Part shown: positions 15,837 through 24,700 of the stretch, piece after piece | How positions within the stretch are numbered: the stretch's first letter is position 1 | Layout: each line of letters begins with the position of its first letter | Origin: a virus | Taxonomy: Duplodnaviria > Caudoviricetes | Strand: one strand, 5' to 3' | DNA length: 35,753 bases | IMG/VR virus record: IMGVR_UViG_3300031578_000173 | Location: 1-35,753 of that record | The notes under the pieces: model-generated | Seen by the model: the letters and a program-made list of their open reading frames with translations, nothing else | Told to the model about the DNA's origin: nothing | The model's database searches: none | Made by a program: the position numbers and the translations under genes

Positions 15837-17605
15837 GGTTGTTCATCAAAGGTTTGGAACAAATACGGCCCTCCAAGGACATCAAAGAGTGGGGAGCTGG
15901 AGAACCACACGAGGATAAAAAGGCTATGGCTTCGTCAGATGAGACACGCAAAGGGGTACCGAGATACCTGGAGCAGACGGGTTCACTTTCGGTACATCCT
16001 TATAGCCAAGCTAGGGGGAGTGCCGCTGAGGCGGGACAAAGAGCGTCCTGGAACCGTGACAAAAATCCTGAGTTGCACGCGGTCGATGTAAGCTCTGGTC
16101 AGAGGCATCGTGCCCGAAGCTTGAGTCCTGAAATAACGTCTGCTCCCCAGACTGGTGTTCGTGTGGGGATGCCTCTTCCGAAGAAGGAGAAGAAGGTCAT
16201 GACCGCTGTGGAGAAAGCAGACGCCGAAAAGGCATACCCTCTCGGAGAGGGGCCAAAGGCCACAGCTGGTGGTGGCCAGGTTTGGGCACAGAAGATTCCG
16301 AATGAAAAGAAACCTCCTGAGAAAAAGAAGATCGACCTCGGTACCGCTCCAATGATGTCAGCTCAGAAGGCTATGGAGGCTCTGACGCCCTTTCTCAGCC
16401 CGAAGTCCGTGCTGGTTTCAATGATCAAAGGGTGCTCTGAGAAGGCTGCTCGTTTGGTCCCAGACGCGGCAGTCGTTAAAGGTGAGGAAGACAAGAAGGA
16501 AGCTCCCAAACCGGCTGACAAGCCTCCGGGTTCTTCATTCCAGGCTAAACTGTCTCAACCGACCAAGAGTCCAGTGAGCGTTCCTGGAAGCGGCAGTCAC
16601 TTGAAGTTTTCGTTCGGTAAGAGTGATCCTGTCCAGAAGGACATGGAACATCTGGCTGGCGAGAACAAGAAGGTGATGCCCTCTTCTCCTCCTGCAGTAG
16701 CAGCAGCGACACACAAGCTGGGCTGGGACACGCCAGCGATGTTCCAAGGCGGCGGGTCCCGTAAGCAAGCGCTATCAGGTGCGGCTCCGCAGCAGGGCGC
16801 CACAGGGGCCATGAAGAACAACCCTCCGGGTGTCCTATCCTCGACCTCGGTGAAGCCAAAAGCCAAGCCGTTAGCCGCCGGATCAACCATTTCTATGACA
16901 CCTGTTGCCTCGTCGAGGCCTTCACCCACACAGAAGGTGGCTAGCATGACCAAGTCAGCAATCGAAGTCCTCAAGGGGATGATCAACAGAGCCTCGAGCT
17001 TCCCTGGGAACCCTGCCAGGGCGAATTGGCGAGTACCCGGAACGGCTTTCGCTGGGAACAAGGACAACATGAGAGGTCCAGTTTCTGGGTCTGAAGGACC
17101 GGCGAACGATTCCCAGGAGAACAGCCCTGTTCGCGGGACGCCCTCTCCGGGCCGTGGGGCCAACGAGAACGGGCCCGTTCACGACACCCCCCATGGCGGC
17201 AAGGGCCCGGCCCAAACGTCTGTGAGTGGTACTGAGGGGCCTGCGAATGACAGCCAGATGAGCAAGGCGGTTGGTGCCTCTGCGGTCCCCAGGATGCCGC
17301 GGGCGATGGCTATGGCCATGGACACCTGGCGTTCGGCGACCCAGGTTCTCACCAGGGGGAATTCGGCGTTCGCAGAGCACGCGGGAACCGGGCCGCTGCA
17401 CGCAGAGATGGTCGACCATATCGACGAGGCCACGTACGATCGTGGGACTCGGCATGGTCCCGTCCTCAAATCCTGCAGCGGCTGTGGTCGTACCTACACC
17501 CTGATCAAGAGCACTGACGGGTGCCCCAGCTGCAAGAGCCTCCCGCAGTCGAACATGGCCAAGAGTCGAGGGGGGTACCTGATCCCGTCCTCGATCTCGG
17601 AGTAG
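15833..17605 (+). CDS. disordered putative internal head protein with C-terminal CxxC...CxxC
   Basis: 590 aa, ATGA overlap with portal, CSGC...CPSC, many hydrophobic-x-K-[SAG] motifs. Confidence 0.75.
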   Translation: MRLFIKGLEQIRPSKDIKEWGAGEPHEDKKAMASSDETRKGVPRYLEQTGSLSVHPYSQARGSAAEAGQRASWNRDKNPELHAVDVSSGQRHRARSLSPEITSAPQTGVRVGMPLPKKEKKVMTAVEKADAEKAYPLGEGPKATAGGGQVWAQKIPNEKKPPEKKKIDLGTAPMMSAQKAMEALTPFLSPKSVLVSMIKGCSEKAARLVPDAAVVKGEEDKKEAPKPADKPPGSSFQAKLSQPTKSPVSVPGSGSHLKFSFGKSDPVQKDMEHLAGENKKVMPSSPPAVAAATHKLGWDTPAMFQGGGSRKQALSGAAPQQGATGAMKNNPPGVLSSTSVKPKAKPLAAGSTISMTPVASSRPSPTQKVASMTKSAIEVLKGMINRASSFPGNPARANWRVPGTAFAGNKDNMRGPVSGSEGPANDSQENSPVRGTPSPGRGANENGPVHDTPHGGKGPAQTSVSGTEGPANDSQMSKAVGASAVPRMPRAMAMAMDTWRSATQVLTRGNSAFAEHAGTGPLHAEMVDHIDEATYDRGTRHGPVLKSCSGCGRTYTLIKSTDGCPSCKSLPQSNMAKSRGGYLIPSSISE

Positions 17606-17617
17606 GCGGAGGAACCG

Positions 17618-18367
17618 ATGAGTTTCGAACGGCAAAGAATTGGGCTATTCGTGTCCGGCGAAACTCGTCGGGGGGCGCCTCTGTTCGTCCGTTTGAGCCC
17701 AACCGATCTTCGGAAAGCTGTGGGACGGGACCGTATTCCCGGGGGCCTGGCCGACGATAAGTGTCCTGGGTCTTTTGATCCCCAGGCTGTGAAGGTTGGA
17801 GCCAAGGTGGAGCGGGAGCATTCGTCTGATCCCGCCATACAAGAGGAGATCACTCGGGATCACCTGACGGAGGACAAGGAATACTACAAGAAGCTGGCCA
17901 GGATGGAGGGAGATTCAAAAAAGGTGATCGACAAAGGTGCCGCCAAAAACCTGGCTCGCAAGGTCAATTTTGGATCTCCGGAACCGTTTGTCCACCACTC
18001 CATGACGAAGCCCTCTGTTGACTTTTCGAAGCCCAAGGCGGCAAAGAATCAACAGGAAGCACAAAAGGCGATTCCGGGTCAGGTGAGTGCCAGTGATCCA
18101 TCTGTGACCCAGCCTAGGGTTTCTAACCCGCAGGCCGAGCAGAACAAAGTGAATGCAGCCGGACACTACATGCTGGCAGATCACTTCAGTCGTCAGCCTG
18201 GGCCCGAGGCCCAGGCCAAGGTCAAGTTTCACAACGATCAGTTTCATGCCCATCTTCAAGCAGGGCACAAACCGGAGGCACCGCATTTCGAAAGAGCCCG
18301 GTACCAGATGCCGAAGCATGTGGCCTCTGCTCTCGGGAAGTCAGACGCTTTGTACGTTAGACTCTAG
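17618..18367 (+). CDS. putative head-associated protein with DUF5661-like segment
   Basis: GAKVEREH...EITRDHLTEDKEYYKKL resembles, from memory, the phage DUF5661 motif. GGAGGA RBS. Confidence 0.7.
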   Translation: MSFERQRIGLFVSGETRRGAPLFVRLSPTDLRKAVGRDRIPGGLADDKCPGSFDPQAVKVGAKVEREHSSDPAIQEEITRDHLTEDKEYYKKLARMEGDSKKVIDKGAAKNLARKVNFGSPEPFVHHSMTKPSVDFSKPKAAKNQQEAQKAIPGQVSASDPSVTQPRVSNPQAEQNKVNAAGHYMLADHFSRQPGPEAQAKVKFHNDQFHAHLQAGHKPEAPHFERARYQMPKHVASALGKSDALYVRL

Positions 18368-18381
18368 CCTAGGAGAATTCT

Positions 18382-18630
18382 ATGAAGCCGCTTATGATCT
18401 TTGTTGTTGCCCTCACCCTGATTTCAGTGTTCGGTTGCAGTTCCGACGATCCGAAAGTAGACTTCGCCGTGGACGGAGGCGTATCGGATGTCGTGGTGGC
18501 GGACACATCTTTCGACGTTGTCGAGGTTCTGGACGCCGCAGATGCAGGTGTGGCCGACGAAGCAGTCACGGACAGTTCCGATGATGGGGAAGTTGTCGAC
18601 GCTGTCGTGGACACGACCCCGTCTGAGTAA
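18382..18630 (+). CDS. small acidic lipoprotein
   Basis: MKPLMIFVVALTLISVFG-C signal peptide II/lipobox followed by a D/V-rich tail. AGGAGA RBS. Confidence 0.75.
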   Translation: MKPLMIFVVALTLISVFGCSSDDPKVDFAVDGGVSDVVVADTSFDVVEVLDAADAGVADEAVTDSSDDGEVVDAVVDTTPSE

Positions 18631-18641
18631 GGAGTTCACCA

Positions 18642-19121
18642 ATGTCGAACAACCCATTTTCTGGCCGTGTACCTCTCAATCTCCGGAAGAGCGGGGCGGA
18701 GGAAGTGATCAAGTCGGCCACCAGCTACCGACCCGGTGAGACTCACAACCCTCGGGTGAGAGATCAGTACACCGATCCCCACTTGGCTCCAAGGAACGTG
18801 GGTTGTACGCCGCTGCGTCGGTACCCCAATGGGAAGCTGGACGTGAAGTATGTGGCGTCGGCGATCATCGATCTCATTCACAAAGCCCAGGACATCGGGA
18901 AGTTGACGGAGTTCGAGAAGGCGCTCCTGACGGTGATCTTGCCGAAGCAGTTCCAGTTTCACGGGATGGATGCACGCCTGGCGGGCACGCATGCTCATCT
19001 CTCCGACGAAGAGAAGATTCTGGTCGCGATGGTGGTCAGTGGTCATCTCAAGGAGGAGGAGAACTGGAACGCCGGAGCCGGAGGCGGTAGTGTCCCGGGA
19101 CGTCACACCACCCGTAGTTAG
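18642..19121 (+). CDS. hypothetical head-module protein
   Basis: 159 aa, AAGGAG RBS. Confidence 0.75.
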   Translation: MSNNPFSGRVPLNLRKSGAEEVIKSATSYRPGETHNPRVRDQYTDPHLAPRNVGCTPLRRYPNGKLDVKYVASAIIDLIHKAQDIGKLTEFEKALLTVILPKQFQFHGMDARLAGTHAHLSDEEKILVAMVVSGHLKEEENWNAGAGGGSVPGRHTTRS

Positions 19122-19329
19122 CATCTCTGTTCCTGTCGATCGCCTTGATGACCTCTACGAGGCGATCGACAAGGCAGAGAAGAAAGACCTCCCTGGTGGT
19201 TCCCGGGAGCAGGAGGATTTCTTCGTCCAGCAGAATGCAGCTACGAAGAAGATGGGGAGTATTGTGGGGGAGACGTATGACGCCATGGCAAAAAGCCTGG
19301 CGTCTGAAATTGCGAAGGTCCTGAAGTGA
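19090..19329 (+). CDS. hypothetical head-module protein
   Basis: GTG start after GGAGG, in frame with the tracked 18970..19329 ORF. Confidence 0.6.
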   Translation: MSRDVTPPVVSISVPVDRLDDLYEAIDKAEKKDLPGGSREQEDFFVQQNAATKKMGSIVGETYDAMAKSLASEIAKVLK

Positions 19330-19472
19330 TCAAGACAGATCTCACGGCAGAGGGTCGTCGCGTTTTGAAGATGCTCGTGGCCAAGTACGGCATGGCTGAG
19401 GACAAGGCTCTTCAGTTGTTGAAGGATGGTGGTGCAGCACTTGCCGTTGCACTGCTGGCCATCACAAGGTAG
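19326..19472 (+). CDS. small hypothetical protein (48 aa)
   Basis: Own translation MIKTDLTAEGRRVLKMLVAKYG...ALLAITR. GTGA overlap; fills the gap and is below the ORF-track cutoff. Confidence 0.55.
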   Translation: MIKTDLTAEGRRVLKMLVAKYGMAEDKALQLLKDGGAALAVALLAITR

Positions 19473-19479
19473 ATCGACT

Positions 19480-20562
19480 ATGACCAGAGCTGACATGATC
19501 GGTCCCCGTCCTCTTCGGCCCGCGGCCAATCCCCCGCTCGCCATCGACAGCCAGGTTCACTATCGTGGAGAGCATTCCGCGCCAATGAGCCGATCTGGAA
19601 TGGTTGGAAGCGTGATGCCTGGTTGTCGGCCTGCTCCTCCTCCTCCGCGTCCACAACCAGCGTTGGTCATCAGGGACGACCTGTCGAAGTCGTTGTTCAG
19701 TGACGACTCGATGATCAAGGCCCACAGCGAGATCTTGTCTCGTCTGCGTTCCATGGTTGGCAGGGCGCCACATGATTCCCATCTGGGATCTCCCAAGCCG
19801 AGGGCTGGGAGGAAGTCGGGGGGCACCGATGTTATGTCCTCTGGAGAGTTTAGAGGATCGGATTTCTCCCCTAGTGGGGCCCCTCCTATTGATGTTAGTA
19901 CCCCAAAGCATGAACATGCACGGCTCCAAGCGAAACAGGTTCACTTGCAAGATCTGATGACTCATCACCAGAACGCTGGTCATCATCCGGATCATCCAGA
20001 CGTCAGAGGACATGCCGAGGCTTTGGAGTCTGTAACGAGCAAGATCAAAAACTTGGAAGCAGCTGGACATACATCTGGCCCTGAGCATCACGGGGACTGG
20101 ATGAGCCATCTGGTGGCAAATCCAAAGAGCGAGCATGCAGGCGGAAATACAGACGCTACCCTTTCGGCTCACTTCGCTATGCTCAGACCAGAGAAACAAC
20201 AGCAGCGCAAGGAGATGGGTGTTTCCACTGTCCGGCGGCACCTACCTCGAACGAAGGAAGTTCCCGCAACGCGTGCTACGGCATCCCCTTCCTCGGAGAA
20301 GGAAACCAGGGTCATGCCCAAGCCTGATGCCCCCACGCGCAGCGTCTCAACCGGTGGTCCTCAGCTGTCTCTCATGCGCTCGATGAGGGCTCTTCTGGAC
20401 ATGGCGAAGTCCAAAGAGAAGGGAGACAACTGGATCAGTGAGAAGATCAGGTTGCTCATGCATGAGGGGAAGCCTCAGAAGCAGGCAATCGCAATCGCCC
20501 ACAGCATGGCCGGGCGCTCTCAGGTGAAGAAGTCAAGTCCACCTCTGATCGTCACGGCGTAG
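19480..20562 (+). CDS. His-rich disordered protein with short conserved-looking C-terminal module
   Basis: Start MTRAD. The C-terminal ISEKIRLLMHEGKPQKQAIAIAHSMAG resembles a small, widespread phage domain. Confidence 0.7.
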   Translation: MTRADMIGPRPLRPAANPPLAIDSQVHYRGEHSAPMSRSGMVGSVMPGCRPAPPPPRPQPALVIRDDLSKSLFSDDSMIKAHSEILSRLRSMVGRAPHDSHLGSPKPRAGRKSGGTDVMSSGEFRGSDFSPSGAPPIDVSTPKHEHARLQAKQVHLQDLMTHHQNAGHHPDHPDVRGHAEALESVTSKIKNLEAAGHTSGPEHHGDWMSHLVANPKSEHAGGNTDATLSAHFAMLRPEKQQQRKEMGVSTVRRHLPRTKEVPATRATASPSSEKETRVMPKPDAPTRSVSTGGPQLSLMRSMRALLDMAKSKEKGDNWISEKIRLLMHEGKPQKQAIAIAHSMAGRSQVKKSSPPLIVTA

Positions 20563-20580
20563 AGTTTGGGTTGTGGCCCA

Positions 20581-21759
20581 ATGGCGATCCTCACCAAGGA
20601 ACAGCTCGACAAGATCCGGGAGATCGTACAGCGCCATGTGAGTTGGTTCATCTGGCGTCTGTTCGGGGATGAGTTTGCTAGTTCCGATCCTTCTAAGGTC
20701 ACTGCCTCGAAGCATATTCAAGATCAGCTGCCGGTGTCGCTTACGAAGCTTTCTTTCGTCCTAGGACGCGAAGAAGCTCTCATGAAGGAGTCGGAGTGGG
20801 GGTCCTACACCTGGGACAACCTCGCCGAGGCTGCTGCCAAGCAGCTCACGCCTGTGGAGAAGCTGCAGGTTCAGGCGGCTGCCCTCTCGGCCTATTCGAA
20901 GTACCGTCGCCTAGGAGAGGACATCTCCAACGGTCTCTTCTCCCGTTTGGCAGATGAGACTAACCAGGCTGTGTCAGAGGGTCAGGTCCGGGGCATCATC
21001 CAGGACAAGATCGAGTTTGGTACGGAGACCACTCGCAAATACAGCGATGTTGCTAACGACCTATCTGGGGCTCTGAAGGAGAACAAACGGAATTGGACCC
21101 GAGTCGCGTCGACAGAGATGCACCAGGCGCGTCAGCAGGGGGTCGCCTCAGCGATCATCAACAAGGTCGACATCTACGAGCACGGTGAGGGTCCAGACAG
21201 TCTGGTTACTGTTGTACCAGCACCGGATGCGTGCATAGACTGCAACCGTTTGTACTTGAGTCGATCTGGGAACCCGAAGATATTCAGGCTATCGGAGCTG
21301 ATGGGTAATGCAGGATCAAACTATCAGCGACCGTGGAGAGAACACGCTCGGCCTGTCGTTCCACCACTTCACCCCCACTGCTTCTGCCGGTTGAGGTACG
21401 TGCCGCCGGGCTGGGGATGGAACAAAGAGGGGAGATTTACGTTGACCGATCCCAAAGCAGCATTCCCCGAGGTAGCCAAGAGCGAACCCCTCTCCAAAGG
21501 CATCGACCAGAACGCGCATTCGTTGCTGCACGCATCTAATGCAACGCTTCCGACGCGTGAGTACCTGATGCAGATCGAGGACCCTAAGGAATTGGAGCAC
21601 ATCGAGAGGCGTCTGAAGAAGCTGGAACAGCTCTATGTTCATGATGAGAAGATCCATACGCGTATTTCAGACCTGCTGCACTACGCTCGCGGTCTACACT
21701 TCCATATGCACATGACCGGACAGGTCACTCCTCCTGGAACGGAGAGCGACAATGGGTAA
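20581..21759 (+). CDS. MuF / SPP1 gp7-like head morphogenesis (minor head) protein
   Basis: RVASTEMHQARQQG...DACIDC...PPLHPHCFCRL. Confidence 0.8.
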   Translation: MAILTKEQLDKIREIVQRHVSWFIWRLFGDEFASSDPSKVTASKHIQDQLPVSLTKLSFVLGREEALMKESEWGSYTWDNLAEAAAKQLTPVEKLQVQAAALSAYSKYRRLGEDISNGLFSRLADETNQAVSEGQVRGIIQDKIEFGTETTRKYSDVANDLSGALKENKRNWTRVASTEMHQARQQGVASAIINKVDIYEHGEGPDSLVTVVPAPDACIDCNRLYLSRSGNPKIFRLSELMGNAGSNYQRPWREHARPVVPPLHPHCFCRLRYVPPGWGWNKEGRFTLTDPKAAFPEVAKSEPLSKGIDQNAHSLLHASNATLPTREYLMQIEDPKELEHIERRLKKLEQLYVHDEKIHTRISDLLHYARGLHFHMHMTGQVTPPGTESDNG

Positions 21760-24700
21760 GCTCCAGCTGATCGATGACATGATCTCCAAAGCTGATGACG
21801 AGTTTCGGGGCGGCGACCCTGAGGAGATCCGTCTGAAGAGGGAAGAGAAGGAGCTGGGGAAGGCTGTGAAGAAGACCCAACACGCTCCTGAAGGGCAGAA
21901 AGAGGCCAAGCAGTACTTGAGCCGTCAGCGTCGGCGTGCAGAAACGGGTCAGCACAAGAATCCTGTATCCAAAGCGCAGCCAGGTGAGGAGGCGGGAGCG
22001 TTCCGCGGGGGTGATCCGGAGGAGATTCGGATCAAGCGGGAAGAGAAGATGCAGGAAATGCAGGACGCTGGGGAAATGGATGACACGGGGGACACAGGTG
22101 ACGAGGTTACCCAGGACGAAGTTGAGGAAGCTCAACAAGAAGACGAAATGAAGAAGGAGGACCAGGGCAAGTCTATGGTGGCGAAAGCCGCGTCGATCTT
22201 GTCACAGGATAACCTTCATGCAGCTGGTGGGAGCCAGGTGTCGCCTGTGGACACCTTCGGGGACTACAACCCGCACGACGCCAACGGTACTCCCCTTGCT
22301 GTCAAGTACGCGTACCGATCTGATGAGGGACCGGAGCCTTACTTCCAGCCTGGACCGATTCGTGCTGGCAAGAACCAGCACAAGGATTGGTCAGACGTGC
22401 TTGGGATCCGCATCCCTCTGACTGGTGAACCTGTGCAGTACCTGCGTCGTTTCCTGAAGCAGGGTCAAGTCGGGAAGATGGCCAAGGAAGCAGACCTGCT
22501 TGTTCGATCTCTTGAAGGTCAGACGGGGATCCTCTGGTGCTGGCGCCCTGATTTCTACGGCGGGGAGTTTTACAAGGGGATGGGTTCCGATCCCCAACCA
22601 GGGCACAAGTACGTCAAGCGTTGGTGGGATGGCGGACGCTGGAACTACGAGTACTCCGAAGGAGTGCATCCTGAGCGTCACGGTATCGCGCACTCGAACA
22701 ACCCTGCCGGGTATACGATGCCCGTTCACGAAGAGTTCAAAGGCGGATCAGCCGAGAATGCGTACCACCATTCAGCCCACATGCAGGTCGCAGAGGGAGG
22801 TTCGCACCCGGTCCAGGTTTGGGACAACAAGACGAATAAGCCCGTGAAGAAGATCCTGCATATGCCAGGGTCGAAGAGGGACAAGGAAGGGAATTTCATC
22901 CGAGGTGAGGATGGAATGCCCGAGTTGGGGCAGCGGTCGATCTTTTTGCGTGATCCTGGATCAGATCAGGGTGGTAAGAGGATTTCTTCTATCAGTGCTC
23001 TACGGAAGAAGTTGTCTCCCGTCACCACTGAGCATGACGCCCACGGGGATCCGTGGATGCATTGGAGATCAGCCGGATCGGGTGAGGGCAAGCCGTACGT
23101 CATGTTTGATCCCCGCAGCAAGCTGAACGCCAACCACCCCAAGGTAGGGGAATGGCATCAGCGTACGCGCAATGTCGACAATCTTCGTGAATGGGTTGCG
23201 AACCAGCAGTCGATGCAACGGATGATGAAGGATGAGGAGGAGCGGGCTGGGGACCATGTTCCTCCGGAGGAGCGGAAGTCGGCAAACGAATGGGAGCCGA
23301 CCCACCATCAGGTGTGGGAACCCCACCCTACTCAGCCTGGAATTATGCAGGTTAAGAGAGGTGAAGACGGAAATCCTGTGACGTCCGAGATGAAGACGTC
23401 CAACGCTCTGGAACGGGGAGATTTGGGACGGTGGAAGTGGGGCGATGAAGTAACCCGGCATTCTGTTCAGCACGAAGATGGAAGTACAAAACACATCGTC
23501 AAGCAGCAGCCTGTCTTGCAGTTTGACTCGATCCATGATCGAAACGACGTACAGTCCAAAGTGCTGCAGGAGAACTATGGTCCGTTGATGCGACAAGCCG
23601 AGAATCATCTGAGGGCCGCTGGGGTTTTGCGGATGGAGAATGGTCAGCTTTCTCCCGATTCCCACAGAGAAGCTGCTTCTCTGATCCATTCAGTAATGCC
23701 CAAGGCCTTTGAGAGGGCGGCGAATACCTACAACCCAAATCATCCATCCAAGGCACGATTCTCCACTTATTTGATCGGTCATGTCCGGAGAGAAATGCGG
23801 GATCAGATGCCTCATCTGATCGAGGATGAGGGTCGTCGGCAAGGGTGGACCGAGAGACGAGAAGCGGCCCGCTCCGGAATTCCTGTACCGAAGGAGGGTG
23901 AGGGGGCCGCTGAGATCACTGCGAAGCCAAAATCCAGTAAGACGGCACTGCAGACAGCCTACAGGGAAGGTGAACCTGGACTCGAGGGCCGGGAGTCCGG
24001 GGGGATGGCTCAGCGTTTTGAGTCACCCTCAGCTGGTGTAGAAGGGAAGCCCGAGGCAGAGACTCCTGAAGCACCAGAATCTCCCAAGGTGGATCAGTCT
24101 GCTCAACAGCAGTTCTTGAAACAGTTCCAGCAACAGCCACCAGAGTCACAGAAGCAACTTTTGGATCAGCTCAGATCTTCTGCCATAGGTCGGGAGAAGA
24201 TGTTCTCTGCCCATCCGCACATGCGTTACGTCTACGAGACACTGACCGGCGAGAAGACGAGAGCGTTGAAGTCTCTTGCTGAGGCGTGGCACGATGCGGC
24301 CGATGCTGTGGAGGCAGTTACCATTCTTCGGAAGGCGGCTGAGGACGAAGCCGATCTCGGTGCAAGCCCTGACATGAAGTATCTCTGGAGGGATGGTGAG
24401 CCTGGTGCTCACAAACACATGTGGGAGGACCCCCAAGGGAACGTGGTACGGGGAACGAATGCTCCGCAGGGTCATCCGCACCATGACCCAGAGGCTGGGC
24501 CTCCACAGGTTCATCCTCAGGAGCCTACTCCGGATGTTGCTCCACACATGTTCGACAATCGGGGGAGAAAGCTTCACCGCCCAGCTCCAGAGGGCGTGGA
24601 GACAGAGGGCAACCCAGGATACGATCCCGATATGATGCACTGGGCGCGGAAGTACACAGATCCAGAGACGGGGAACGAGGAGCATATTGCGTTTCACCGT

